DNA of 64,000 nt from an uncultured bacterium (lineage in GTDB: Bacteria; Actinomycetota; Acidimicrobiia; Spongiisociales; UBA5794): assembly GCA_963801165.1 (NCBI GenBank), contig CAWDDT010000004.1, positions 160,001-224,000 on the forward strand, read 5' to 3'. The first letter of the stretch is position 1; each line of letters starts with the position of its first letter. Made by a program: the position numbers and the translations under genes. Shown piece by piece: positions 1 through 9,970 of this stretch. The notes below the pieces were generated by a model. That model was not told the origin of the DNA and did not search any database. It saw nothing but the letters and a program-made list of their open reading frames with translations.

Positions 1-376
1 AGCGAAATCCGTGCGAGGGAACGCCCATGACGATCGCGTCGGCCGTGTCCAGACACTCGGCGAGATCGCTGGTGGCGTAGACGCGGTCCGAGAGTGTGTG
101 ATCGGGCAGGTAGTCGGGGTTGGTGTGACCGGTGTTGATCGCATCGGCGAGACCGGACCGGCGCGCCCAGAGGGTAACCGCCTGTTTCTGCGCCACGATG
201 TCGGCAACCGCAGTCCCCCACGACCCTGCCCCGATGACCGCAATCCGCATGAAGCCCTCCCGATTTTTCCCGTTAACCAAGAGTAGGCGTCTTGCCGATA
301 GGAAACTTGTGGTCCTTGCTTTTCCACACGAAGCCGGGAAGGCTTGTGATCTCAGATCGCGAGAAACGAGGCCAGG

Positions 377-1687
377 GTGACGAGAAAAACGTACGTACTT
401 GACACTTGTGTCCTTCTCGCCGACCCGCTCTCTCTCCTCCGTTTCGATGAACACGATGTAGTGATACCGCTCGTCGTCGTGGAGGAACTCGACCGCCAGA
501 AGACACGGCCGGACGAGGTCGGGGCGAACGCACGTCGCGCCATCAGAGCCCTGGAGGAACTGGGGGCGTCTGCACCGGGAGGGCTCCGGCTCCCGGCAAA
601 TCTCGACAGCGGTGGCTCGTTGCGGATCGAGTTGAACGGCACCCGCTCCGACCGGCTTCCCAAGGTGCTCGATCCGTCCACGGCGGATCATCGCATCCTG
701 GCAACATGTCTCAATCTCGTTGATGGCGGGCTCACGACGGTGCTGGTCACCAAGGACGCCTCGCTGCGGATCAAGGGTGCGCAGCTGGGGGTGGAGGTCG
801 AGGACTACCGAGCGGACACCGTCCCGGTCGACGAGTCGTACTCCGGTGTCGCCGAGATCGAGGTCGACCCGGCGACCATCGACCAGCTCTACGCGGCGGG
901 CAAGACCGTAGTTGCGTCGTCCGAGCTGCTGGTCAACCAGTACGTGATTCTCAGAGCGATGGAGTCGCACTCGGCGGTAGGCAAGGTGATCGATGTCGTG
1001 GGTGGCGCCACGATCGTGCGTGTCCCCGGCTCGCGCCAGGCCTTTGGGATCGAATCGAAGAACGTCCGCCAAGCGTTTGCCCTGGACCTGATGATGGATC
1101 CCGACATCACCGCGGTGAGCATGATGGGGGTGGCCGGCACGGGAAAGACGTTCCTCGCTCTGGCAGCAGCACTGGAGCAAACCGTGGAGGCGGGGCGGTA
1201 TCGCCGCATCTCCGTCTACCGGCCGCTGGTGGCCGTCGGTAGACAGGAAGTGGGATTCCTGCCCGGTGATCTCGACGAGAAGCTCGCCCCCTGGATGGCG
1301 GCCGTTCACGACAACCTCTATGCCCTGTTCAGCGGCGATCCGCTGTCCGCCAAAGGCGCGATCGATGAGCTGCTCGAACGAAACGTCATCGAGATGGCGG
1401 CCGTCACGTATCTGCGGGGCCGGTCGATAACCGACGAGTTGGTGATCATCGACGAGGCCCAGAACCTGGAGTACTCGACGCTGAAGGTGATCCTGACCCG
1501 GATCGCATCGGGTTCGAAGGTCGTGTTCTGCGGTGATCTCAGCCAGGTCGACAACCCGTACATATCTCCGTTTGGTGGTTTGGCGGCGCTGATCGAGAAG
1601 CTGAAGGGACAGCATCTATTCGGGCACATCACCCTGGAGAAGTCGGTGCGCAGCCCCCTGGCAGAACTGGCGGCCAACGTCCTGTAG
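377..1687 (+). CDS. PhoH family protein with N-terminal PIN domain (PhoH2-like)
   Basis: N-terminal YVLDTCVLL PIN motif, Walker A GVAGTGKT, YLRGRSI and IIDEAQN PhoH motifs. Confidence 0.93.
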   Translation: MTRKTYVLDTCVLLADPLSLLRFDEHDVVIPLVVVEELDRQKTRPDEVGANARRAIRALEELGASAPGGLRLPANLDSGGSLRIELNGTRSDRLPKVLDPSTADHRILATCLNLVDGGLTTVLVTKDASLRIKGAQLGVEVEDYRADTVPVDESYSGVAEIEVDPATIDQLYAAGKTVVASSELLVNQYVILRAMESHSAVGKVIDVVGGATIVRVPGSRQAFGIESKNVRQAFALDLMMDPDITAVSMMGVAGTGKTFLALAAALEQTVEAGRYRRISVYRPLVAVGRQEVGFLPGDLDEKLAPWMAAVHDNLYALFSGDPLSAKGAIDELLERNVIEMAAVTYLRGRSITDELVIIDEAQNLEYSTLKVILTRIASGSKVVFCGDLSQVDNPYISPFGGLAALIEKLKGQHLFGHITLEKSVRSPLAELAANVL

Positions 1688-1926
1688 CGACCGCCTCAGA
1701 AGCAGGTGAGGCGGCTTAGCTGGTTCTCCCCAACCGTTCCCCGGCCCCCGGTACCAGCTCGGCCGCCTTCCCGCGTTTCTCGACGCCCCCTCCCCAGGAG
1801 ATCGTCTTCGCTGAGCGTACCGGCCGCTTCCCGAGCGCGGCTGGCAGTATTCATTTATGCCAAAGGGACTAGTCCCTCGTCGCGACGCGACGAAAAGCCG
1901 CCAAATCGATCGGCTACGCTCATCCC

Positions 1927-2349
1927 ATGGCTTCTGTATTCACGATGATCATGAACGGGGATCTGCCGGCGCGCTTTGTCTGGAAGGATGAGCGTTGTGT
2001 TGCCTTTCTCTCGATAAATCCCCTGGCCCCGGGGCACACTCTGGTGGTGCCGCGGGAGGAGATCGATCACTGGATCGATCTCGATGCCGATCTCATGAAT
2101 CATCTGTTCGCTGTGAGCCGGAAGATCGGGAAGGCCCTCGATCTCGGATTCAAGCCGAAGAGGGTGGCCCTGCTGATCGCCGGTCTCGAGGTACCACATG
2201 CGCACGTGCACGTCGTGCCCATCGAGGGGATGCACGATCTGGATGTGGACAACGCCAACCTGGCACCCAACCCCGACCAGTTGGACGCAGCAGCCGATCG
2301 GGTGCGTGCTGCGCTGCGGGCCCTCGAATTCACCGGGGTGGCAGACTGA
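1927..2349 (+). CDS. HIT family hydrolase
   Basis: SVFTMI start, PGHTLVVP and histidine triad HAHVHVV. Confidence 0.93.
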   Translation: MASVFTMIMNGDLPARFVWKDERCVAFLSINPLAPGHTLVVPREEIDHWIDLDADLMNHLFAVSRKIGKALDLGFKPKRVALLIAGLEVPHAHVHVVPIEGMHDLDVDNANLAPNPDQLDAAADRVRAALRALEFTGVAD

Positions 2350-2351
2350 GG

Positions 2352-3722
2352 TCAGGCCGCGGAGTGAGGCAGGCGCAGCTCGAAACAAGCTCCATCGCCC
2401 TCCACCGAGGTGGCGGTTACGTCACCGCCGTGAGCGCGGGCGAGGGTGCGGGCGATGTTGAGGCCGATCCCGGTTCCCGGCTGGGTCCTGTCGAGCCTGG
2501 TGAAGCGCTCGAAGATTGTCTCCAGCTGGGATTCCGGGATGCCCGGGCCGGTGTCGGCGACAGATACCCGGCACCACGTGGCATCGACGGTTCCTCTGAC
2601 TGTCACTTGCCCTCCCTGAGGTGTGTGGCTGAGCGCGTTGCCCAGCAGATTCGTCACCGTCTGGGCAATCCGGGTGTCGTCGACGTGAACCGGCATCGGG
2701 CCCGGCATGCTTACGCTGAGCGCGACGTCGTTGATCTCGTACTGGGGCTGCAACGTGTCGGCAACGGCGGCAACGATCTCGCCGAGGTCGTGCGGTGTCA
2801 TTTCGTAGGCGATTGCCCCCTCCTGAGCTTTCGAGAGCGTCGTCAGGTCACGGGTGAGCCGCTTGAGACGGTGTGCCTCGGCGGCCACCGCCTCGTACGT
2901 GTCGCGTGATGCGGGGAGAACCCCGTCGATGAGCCCCTCCATGTAGCCCTCGATGGTCGACAGCGGGTTGCGGATCTCGTGGGCCAGATCGGATACCAGG
3001 CGGGCCCGGGTCTGCTCGGTCCGCTCCAGCGAGTCGGCGAGCGTGTTGATCGATGCGGCCAGCTCGGCCAACTCCACCTCTGCCGGTACCGGGATCCGCA
3101 CCGAGTAGTGGCCAGCGGCGAGCTCGGCCGCTCCCTCCTTCACTCCGGTGAAGGTTCGCAGAAGCCGTCTGGTGAGCAGCCACCCGAGGAGGAGGGCGAT
3201 AACCAGCCCGATGGCGATGGCGACGATGAGCGCGGCGGTGAGCGCGTGCTCGTAGTCCTGCTGTATCTCGATGGGAATCGGGCTGCGGTCGGTCGAGGTA
3301 GCTGCAGCGCCTGCGGCATAGACGCCGGGGCCTGCAAACGAATCGACAGTGGTGGTGGGCGGGCCGTTCCCGTTTCCCGGGTTGCGGGTCTGACCATCGC
3401 CTTCGGTAGTTCCCTGGCTACCCGACCCGGTGTCGCTCCGGCCCGGCCCGATAGTGGAGCCCGTCGGGGTCGGTGCCGCGGGTTCCCGGGAAGACGGTGT
3501 GCTGGCCGGCGTGGTCGTCGTTGTGGAGTCGCCGCCACTTTGACCCGGCGTATCGCTCTGGCCAATCTGCGGTCCCGGTCCCAACCGTTGCTGTACGGCC
3601 TGCTCGAAGAACTCCGGTACCAGCACCTGCACAGTGACAAACGCCGCCGCGGTGACCACGATGACGACCGCCAGGTACGACAGGATGAGACGGCGGCGCA
3701 GCGAAGGTCGACCCAGCATCAT
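2352..3722 (-). CDS. Sensor histidine kinase (BaeS-like, HAMP-HisKA-HATPase)
   Basis: Two TM segments, H-box LAHEIRNPL, NLLGNA, DTGPGI, GTGIGL; start placed at the ATG overlapping the regulator stop (ATGA at 3719-3722). Confidence 0.9.
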   Translation of the reverse strand: MMLGRPSLRRRLILSYLAVVIVVTAAAFVTVQVLVPEFFEQAVQQRLGPGPQIGQSDTPGQSGGDSTTTTTPASTPSSREPAAPTPTGSTIGPGRSDTGSGSQGTTEGDGQTRNPGNGNGPPTTTVDSFAGPGVYAAGAAATSTDRSPIPIEIQQDYEHALTAALIVAIAIGLVIALLLGWLLTRRLLRTFTGVKEGAAELAAGHYSVRIPVPAEVELAELAASINTLADSLERTEQTRARLVSDLAHEIRNPLSTIEGYMEGLIDGVLPASRDTYEAVAAEAHRLKRLTRDLTTLSKAQEGAIAYEMTPHDLGEIVAAVADTLQPQYEINDVALSVSMPGPMPVHVDDTRIAQTVTNLLGNALSHTPQGGQVTVRGTVDATWCRVSVADTGPGIPESQLETIFERFTRLDRTQPGTGIGLNIARTLARAHGGDVTATSVEGDGACFELRLPHSAA

Positions 3723-4408
3723 GACTCGGGGATGAACTTGTAACCGACGCCCCGTACCGTGCCGACATAATGCGGCTCGACGGCGTCGTCGCCCAGCGCC
3801 TTGCGTAGCTTGCGGATGTGGACGTCGACGACCCGCTCGTCGCCGAAGTAGTCCCATCCCCAGATGGCCTCGATCAGTTGGCGCCGCGAGAAGACGCGGC
3901 CCGGTTGAGAGGCGAGGGCGGCGAGCAGGTCGAGCTCGAGTGTGGTGAGCTCCGCGTCCTTCGTTCCGACGGTGACCCGGCGGCGCGCCAGATCGATGGT
4001 GAGATCGCCGTATTCGAGCCGGTCGGTGTCGACCCCGGTGCCGATGCCGCGGTTGCGGCGGAGCACCGCCTTGATACGGGCGACCAGCTCGCGCGGGCTG
4101 AATGGCTTGGTCAGGTAGTCGTCGGCACCGACCGAGAGCCCGATGAGCTTGTCCACCTCCTCGGAGCGAGCGGTGAGCATGACGACGCAGACGTCGGAGA
4201 ACGTGCGGATGGTGCGGAGGACCTCGATGCCGTCGAGCCCGGGCAGGCCCACGTCGAGCACGATCAGGTCGGGTTGGGCGGAACGCGCCAAAGCAACGGC
4301 TTGCTCGCCGTTGTCCGCTTCGAGGACTTCAAAGGTCTCGTTCTCCAGATAGGAGCGGACCAGGCGGCGGATCGATGCCTCATCGTCGACTACGAGGATC
4401 TTGGTCAT
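3719..4408 (-). CDS. OmpR/PhoB family response regulator
   Basis: ILVVDDE, LDVGLP, KPFSPREL receiver motifs; VDVHIRKLRK and TVRGVGY winged helix. Confidence 0.95.
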   Translation of the reverse strand: MTKILVVDDEASIRRLVRSYLENETFEVLEADNGEQAVALARSAQPDLIVLDVGLPGLDGIEVLRTIRTFSDVCVVMLTARSEEVDKLIGLSVGADDYLTKPFSPRELVARIKAVLRRNRGIGTGVDTDRLEYGDLTIDLARRRVTVGTKDAELTTLELDLLAALASQPGRVFSRRQLIEAIWGWDYFGDERVVDVHIRKLRKALGDDAVEPHYVGTVRGVGYKFIPES

Positions 4409-4455
4409 GTGCGAATGTTAAGCGGCCGGGCGCGGCCGCCGGCATTCGAAGAGAA

Positions 4456-4483
4456 GAGGGGACCCGCACCTGCGGGTCCCCTC
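4456..4483 (-). terminator. Stem-loop after the secreted-protein gene
   Basis: GAGGGGACCCGCA-CC-TGCGGGTCCCCTC perfect 13-bp stem. Confidence 0.6.
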
Positions 4484-4492
4484 GAGTTGTTC

Positions 4493-4930
4493 TCAGCTAC
4501 GGCCATGGGCACCGCCGGGGCCGGCTGCGTCGGAGCCGATCCCGTGCTGGTAGCCGGTGCCGTCCATCGGCCGGACGGCATCATCCGGCCCGGTACCGTC
4601 GCAGTCGCCTGTGGCGTTCCCGTACCCGAGACCGTCGCCGTCGCAGTCACACGCTGCGGGATCCTGGATCTGCAGCCTGGTTTGGGTAGCCGTCGCCGCC
4701 GCGGTCACGCCCTGCGCCCGGAAACCGATCTGCTGGCGCGTTTGGAGTTGCTCCACGAGAGTCAGGTCCGGATCCTGGATGTGCAGCTGCTGGCTTGCTG
4801 CGATCGGCGTAGCGACCGTCGTGCTCGGCGCCGCGTCTGCGACGACTGGAGTGTCGGCCATTGCGGCCGCTCCTCCGACGGTGAGGGCGCCGGCGATCGC
4901 CGCCGCCATGATGAGTCTGCTCTTCTTCAT
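4493..4930 (-). CDS. Small secreted low-complexity protein with repeated IQDP and CDGxG/DGTG motifs
   Basis: Signal peptide MKKSRLIMAAAIAGAL..AAAMA, AGGAG RBS upstream. Confidence 0.75.
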   Translation of the reverse strand: MKKSRLIMAAAIAGALTVGGAAAMADTPVVADAAPSTTVATPIAASQQLHIQDPDLTLVEQLQTRQQIGFRAQGVTAAATATQTRLQIQDPAACDCDGDGLGYGNATGDCDGTGPDDAVRPMDGTGYQHGIGSDAAGPGGAHGRS

Positions 4931-4993
4931 CGTTCTCCTTTGGTAGGAACAATGACATCAGAACATTTCCAGATGAAGGGGCAACGGGCGCTC

Positions 4994-5013
4994 GTGTGAA
5001 GCTTGTGTGAAGC
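4994..5013. promoter_or_regulatory. Putative OmpR-type regulator binding site
   Basis: GTGTGAAGC direct repeat with 11-bp period upstream of the secreted protein/two-component genes. Confidence 0.5.
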
Positions 5014-5017
5014 CGGC

Positions 5018-5049
5018 CGGGGGGCGTCTGATCGGCCAGACGCCCCCCG
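5018..5049 (-). terminator. Terminator-like hairpin of the ABC operon
   Basis: CGGGGGGCGTCTG-6nt-CAGACGCCCCCCG, 10 bp after the stop at 5060. Confidence 0.65.
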
Positions 5050-5059
5050 ACCTCGTCTC

Positions 5060-6028
5060 CTACAGGTTGTTGCTGATCCAGTCGGCTGCTACCTGCTCCG
5101 GGTCGTCACCGTCAATTCCGACCTGGCGGTTCATCTCGCTCAACGCGGACGTTGTCAGCGCAGCGCTCACCGAGTTCAGGGCCGATTTCAGATCGTCACC
5201 GTAGGCGTCGACGATCTCCTGTCTGATGACAGGGGTGACGTTCTCGGCCGGCTGGAGACCCTTGTCGTCCTCGAGGAGCACGAAGCCTTTGGCGGCGATG
5301 ACTCCGTCCGAGGTAAACAGGATCGCTACCTGGATCTCATCTCCCTCGAGCGCAGCGACCGTGAGCGGCCCACCGGCGTCGAGCGGTTTGAACTCGGCGA
5401 AGCTGAGCCCGTACACGTCCTCGAGACCCTTTTGGCAGAAGTCACGCTCCGGGCACTCCGGAGGCCCGCCGAGAATGAGGTCGTCGTGACCGGCCAGGTC
5501 GCTCACCTTCGAGAGGCTGAGCTCATCGGCCGTGTCTTGACGGACTACCACACCGTTCTTGTCCTGGGCCGGCGCCGGGTCGAGCACAGCGATCCCGGCA
5601 TCCTTCCAGGCGTCGGCCAGAGCCTGTGCCGTTGCTGCCGTGTCGGAGGTAGGTGTCCCCCCGAGGTAGGAGAGGGCAGACCCGAGGTACTCGGGGACCA
5701 AGTCGAGGCCGCCGTCCTCGAGCGCCGCCGCATAAATCTCACGGTTGCCCACGTTCAGGGTGCGCTCGACCGGGAAGCCGGCGCTCTCGAGCACCTGAGC
5801 GTAGATCTCGGCGACCAGCGCACTCTCGCTGAAGTTGGCCGAACCGATGGTGATCGTCGGCCCGTCCATCATGGCGTGGGTGGTTGTTGTCTCGGCCATC
5901 GCGTCGGCCGACGTTGTGGTCGTGCTGTTATCTGTGCCGGTTTCCTCACCCGATCCGCACGCGGTCAGCAGCAGTGCCAACACGACCACGAGAATCGCCC
6001 CAAGGAAACCATTGCGGTGTGTCCGCAT
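5060..6028 (-). CDS. Glycine betaine/osmoprotectant ABC transporter substrate-binding lipoprotein
   Basis: Lipobox LTAC, ITIGSANFSES, PEYLGS, LEDDKG..PAEN; start could instead be 6040. Confidence 0.9.
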   Translation of the reverse strand: MRTHRNGFLGAILVVVLALLLTACGSGEETGTDNSTTTTSADAMAETTTTHAMMDGPTITIGSANFSESALVAEIYAQVLESAGFPVERTLNVGNREIYAAALEDGGLDLVPEYLGSALSYLGGTPTSDTAATAQALADAWKDAGIAVLDPAPAQDKNGVVVRQDTADELSLSKVSDLAGHDDLILGGPPECPERDFCQKGLEDVYGLSFAEFKPLDAGGPLTVAALEGDEIQVAILFTSDGVIAAKGFVLLEDDKGLQPAENVTPVIRQEIVDAYGDDLKSALNSVSAALTTSALSEMNRQVGIDGDDPEQVAADWISNNL

Positions 6029-6097
6029 GGGTCTCACCATCTCTTTCTGTTCGGGAACGCGCTGCACGCTACTTGATGGGTGTGACAAGGATGACGA

Positions 6098-6805
6098 TCA
6101 ACCGTGCGCAGGAGGCACGACCTCGGCTGCAGGCGAGAGGCCGGGGGGCACCACCCGCCTCTCCACCGCCCCCAGCAGGAGATCGGTCCCGATCGATAGC
6201 AGCGTGACCAGGAGCGCCCCGGCGAAGACGCGGACGTTGTCGCGGACCGAGAAGCCATCGATGATGTATCTGCCCAGGCCACCCCACGCCACCAGCGCAG
6301 CCAGCGGTGCTGTGGCCACCACTTGAACCGCCGAGACCCGGATGGCGGCCAGGATCACCGGCGAGGCCATAGGCGCCTCGATGCTGCGCATGATCCCGGC
6401 TTCGGTCATGCCCATGCCCCGCCCTGCTTCGACCAGGGCCGGGTCGACGTCGCGGACGGCTGTGTACGTGTTGACGAACATCGGTGGCAGGGCCAGCGCA
6501 AACAGGGCCAGCAGCGAAGGCCAGAAGCCGATCCCCAGCCCGAGCCGGATCGAGATGGGCACGAACAACACCATGATGGCGAAGGAGGGGATGGCCCGCC
6601 CGAGGTTGACCAGAGAGACGGCGGCGAACCCGCCGCGGCGTCGATGGCCGAGCCACATCGCAGGCGGCAACGCCAGCAGCAACGCGGCGATGGTGGCAAT
6701 AGCCGAGATCTGGATGTGCTCCCATAAGCGGTTGGGGATACCGGCCGGGCCCGACCAGTTCTCCGCCGAGAGGAACCACGAGACAACGCCCCCGAGGAAA
6801 TCCAT
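6098..6805 (-). CDS. Osmoprotectant ABC permease
   Basis: GRAIPSFA, EAA loop VEAGRGMGMT, GGLGRYI. Confidence 0.92.
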   Translation of the reverse strand: MDFLGGVVSWFLSAENWSGPAGIPNRLWEHIQISAIATIAALLLALPPAMWLGHRRRGGFAAVSLVNLGRAIPSFAIMVLFVPISIRLGLGIGFWPSLLALFALALPPMFVNTYTAVRDVDPALVEAGRGMGMTEAGIMRSIEAPMASPVILAAIRVSAVQVVATAPLAALVAWGGLGRYIIDGFSVRDNVRVFAGALLVTLLSIGTDLLLGAVERRVVPPGLSPAAEVVPPAHG

Positions 6806-6806
6806 G

Positions 6807-7481
6807 TCAGCCCGCCGCCGCTCGACGTCGTGCCCATGGTGTCAGCAGTGTCTCTAGACCGAGCAGACTCAGGTCGGCGATGACCGCCAGCACCACCGAG
6901 AGCACCGTGCCGGCGAGGATCTGCGTGGTGCCCACTGCCGAGAAGAGCTGGAGACCGCGCAGGATGAAGAAGCCGAGACCACCCTGTCCGATCAACGCGG
7001 TGATCGTCACGAGCCCGACGGTCGTGACCGTGGCGATGCGAATCCCCGCAATGATGACCGGCAAGGCCAGGGGGAGCTGGATGTCGGTGAGCAACCTTCG
7101 CTCGGTGTACCCCATGCCCCGCGCCGCCTCGAGCACGGACTCGGGCACCCCGTCGATACCGGCGACGATGTTGCGGATCAGAATCAGCAGCGTGTAGGAG
7201 ACCAGACCGATCTCGGACGTCAACCTGGTGAGACCGGTGATCGGCACCAGGAACGCAAACAGGGCGAGGCTTGGTATCGCGTAGAGAAGACCGGCGACCC
7301 AGGTGATCGGCGTGTATGTCTTGCGCCACCGCAACGCGAGAAGCGACAACGCCAGGCTGATAGCCATGCCGACACCCACCGCGATCGAGGTGAGAATGAT
7401 GTGCTCCCACGTTGCTGCCCACAAGTTGTCCAGGTTGCGTCCCACCCAGTCCCAGCGGACAAACGGCTCGGCAACGATCAC
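6807..7481 (-). CDS. Osmoprotectant ABC permease
   Basis: YAIPSLAL, EAARGMGYT, GGLG. Confidence 0.92.
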   Translation of the reverse strand: MIVAEPFVRWDWVGRNLDNLWAATWEHIILTSIAVGVGMAISLALSLLALRWRKTYTPITWVAGLLYAIPSLALFAFLVPITGLTRLTSEIGLVSYTLLILIRNIVAGIDGVPESVLEAARGMGYTERRLLTDIQLPLALPVIIAGIRIATVTTVGLVTITALIGQGGLGFFILRGLQLFSAVGTTQILAGTVLSVVLAVIADLSLLGLETLLTPWARRRAAAG

Positions 7482-8569
7482 TGCACGATCTCCCTGCTGA
7501 TCTGATCGACCGTCGCCATTCCCAGGTAGCGGTCACCGTCGAAAACGGCGGCAACCGCGGTGTGCGAGCTGACGACGGTATCGAGTGCCTCCTTCAGGCT
7601 CGACTGAGGCCCGATCCGGTCCCGGTAGCGGCGCACCGGAACTTCAGACAGGTCGGGGCGGCCGGCGATGTCCTTGTCCTGGAACCAGCCCTCGACCCTG
7701 TCCCCATCCCCGATCATCGCCCAGTCGATCCCGTAGCGCTTCATCATCGCCATCGCCTCGTCGGCCGTGGCGGAGCGGGGTAGCACCGGCCCATGGTCGA
7801 GCTCGATAGCCGAAATCGGTATCAGCGAGAGACGCTTGATCCCGCGATCGGTGCCGAGGAAGTCGGCAACGAACTCGTTGGCGGGCTCACGCAGGATCTC
7901 GCCGGGCGTGTCGTACTGCTCGACGTGGCCTCCATCGCTGAGAATCACGACCCGGTCGCCCAGCTTGATCGCCTCGTCGATGTCATGGGTGACGAGCACG
8001 ATCGTCTTGTGGACACGGTCCTGGAGCCGCAGCATCTCGTCCTGGAGGTTGGCCCGGACGATCGGATCGACGGCACCGAACGGCTCATCCATGAGCAGCA
8101 CGGGGGGATCGGCAGCGAGTGCCCTGGCGACACCCACCCGCTGGCGTTGCCCACCGGAGAGCTCTCCCGGGTAGCGGTCCAGCATGTCGGCTCTCAGCTC
8201 CACCAGATCGACGAGCTCATCGACCCGGGCAGTGGTGCGCGTCTTGTCCCAGCCGAGCAGAGTCGGAACGGTGGCGATGTTGGCCCGGATGGTCTTGTGA
8301 GGGAACAGCCCGATCTGCTGGATCACGTAGCCAATGCTGCGGCGCAGCTCGAAAGCGGGGAGGCTCAGTACATCTTGACCCGCCACGGTGATGCGCCCGG
8401 CGGTTGGCTCGATGAGCCTGTTGATCATCTTGAGCGTCGTGGTCTTGCCGCAACCGGATGGGCCGACGAGGACGACGACCTCGCCCTCGGCGATGTCGAG
8501 AGATAGCCCGAAAACGGCGGGGGCGGCGGTTCCCGGGAAAGTCTTGGTGACATCGGTGAGCGTGATCAT
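7478..8569 (-). CDS. Osmoprotectant ABC ATP-binding protein with CBS domains
   Basis: GPSGCGKTT, LSGGQRQR, LLMDEPF; start at MITLTDV. Confidence 0.93.
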   Translation of the reverse strand: MITLTDVTKTFPGTAAPAVFGLSLDIAEGEVVVLVGPSGCGKTTTLKMINRLIEPTAGRITVAGQDVLSLPAFELRRSIGYVIQQIGLFPHKTIRANIATVPTLLGWDKTRTTARVDELVDLVELRADMLDRYPGELSGGQRQRVGVARALAADPPVLLMDEPFGAVDPIVRANLQDEMLRLQDRVHKTIVLVTHDIDEAIKLGDRVVILSDGGHVEQYDTPGEILREPANEFVADFLGTDRGIKRLSLIPISAIELDHGPVLPRSATADEAMAMMKRYGIDWAMIGDGDRVEGWFQDKDIAGRPDLSEVPVRRYRDRIGPQSSLKEALDTVVSSHTAVAAVFDGDRYLGMATVDQISREIVQ

Positions 8570-8632
8570 CGCGCAGAACCATAGTGGTCGGAGCGCCGCG
8601 CACCGGGGGCCATACCGCGCTAACTTCACGAT

Positions 8633-9961
8633 GTGAGTTCGCAATCACCACCGACCGAGCAGAAGCGGGGCCGTGTCGGGCAGGTCGCTGCTGCGCTGGC
8701 GCACAGTGTCGGCCAGATGTTCAGCTCGCGCGGTCCCGGGTTCCGCCGTCTCGCCCAGTCTCACGCCGGTGGCACCGCAGGAGACACGCTGGTGGCGATG
8801 GCGCTCGGCACCACCCTGTTCTTCTCGGTGCCGTCCACGGAGGCCCGGTCCAATGTCGCCCTCTACCTGCTGATCACGCTCGCCCCATTTGCCTTGATCG
8901 GCCCGTTTCTGGGGGCGTTCTTCACCCGTTTCCCAGGTGCGTATAGAGGCGGGCTCGTTGCCGCCTCGGCGTTGCGCGCCGTGGCCGCGGTGGCGCTGGC
9001 AATGTCCCTCGATACGGTCCTGCTCTTTCCGCTGGCGTTTCTGTCACTGGTGCTGTCACGGTTTCACGGGATCAGCCGTTCGAGCGTCGTTCCGATTGTT
9101 CTCGATGACCCCGACGAGCTGGTATCTGGTAACGCACAGCTCGCCAAGATCGGTGTGGTGGGCAGCGCCTTCATCGTGCCGTTTGGTCTGCTCGGAGTCG
9201 GATTCGGACACCCGTCTGTTACGTTGATCATCGCCTCGATCGTGTACGTGTGGTCGGCCCTTTCGGCGAAGGGGCTGCCGCCGCTTCGGATCGAGCGGGA
9301 CCGGAGCCGGGAGGCAAGGGCGTTGCGCAAGCGGTCTGCCGCCCCGCGCGAGGTGAGGCTGGCCCGGTTTGCGACGGCAGGTGTGCGTTTCCTCAACGGG
9401 TTCCTGCTTCTTCTCGTGGCGTTTGCTTTCCGTGATCAGGACGCCGGGGTCGCCGACTTCTCCGCTCTGCTCGCGGCTGCCGGCCTCGGTTATCTGATCG
9501 CCGCCTTCGCCACCCCGATTCTCGATCGGAGGATGTCGGAGGAGCCGATGGTGGTCACCGGCCTGGCGATCGAGGCTGGGGCGGCGTTCGTTGCCGCCGA
9601 GGTCTTCGGGCTGCCGGCCGCCGCGTCACTGGCCGCCGCCGCGGGCTTTGCCTGGGGCACTGCCAAGTTCGGGTTCGACGGATTGCTCCAGGCCACCGTC
9701 CCCGAGGAGGGGAGAGGCCGGGCGTTCACCAACGCTGAAACTTTCTTCCAAATCTCCTGGGTCGTCGGAGCCTTGATCCCGGTTGTGCCGGTGATCCCGG
9801 TGACGGCCGGGCTGACAATCGCCGGCATCTCCGCTCTTGTCATCCAGGTCGTCTATGTGAGCGCCGTGCTGGTGCCGGTGGTGCGTCACCGAAGAGCAGC
9901 GGCCGTAGCCACGAGTCGGGAGAACACAGGGCCCGACAAGAACGTCATGGACCTGATCTAG
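8633..9961 (+). CDS. MFS-like membrane transporter (actinobacterial type)
   Basis: About 12 hydrophobic segments; LFFSVPSTEARSNVALYLLITLAPFA motif typical of actinobacterial MFS proteins. Confidence 0.8.
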   Translation: MSSQSPPTEQKRGRVGQVAAALAHSVGQMFSSRGPGFRRLAQSHAGGTAGDTLVAMALGTTLFFSVPSTEARSNVALYLLITLAPFALIGPFLGAFFTRFPGAYRGGLVAASALRAVAAVALAMSLDTVLLFPLAFLSLVLSRFHGISRSSVVPIVLDDPDELVSGNAQLAKIGVVGSAFIVPFGLLGVGFGHPSVTLIIASIVYVWSALSAKGLPPLRIERDRSREARALRKRSAAPREVRLARFATAGVRFLNGFLLLLVAFAFRDQDAGVADFSALLAAAGLGYLIAAFATPILDRRMSEEPMVVTGLAIEAGAAFVAAEVFGLPAAASLAAAAGFAWGTAKFGFDGLLQATVPEEGRGRAFTNAETFFQISWVVGALIPVVPVIPVTAGLTIAGISALVIQVVYVSAVLVPVVRHRRAAAVATSRENTGPDKNVMDLI

Positions 9962-9970
9962 CACAGCGTG

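Noticed and set aside
11-286. Plus-strand 91-aa ORF at the window start
   Set aside because: It reads like the antisense of a minus-strand gene running off the left edge; there is too little sequence to identify it.
3818-4999. Long antisense or alternative-frame ORFs (also 5003-6076, 24202-25365, 44009-45181 and others)
   Set aside because: Shadow ORFs expected in high-GC DNA; they overlap well-supported genes and lack motifs.
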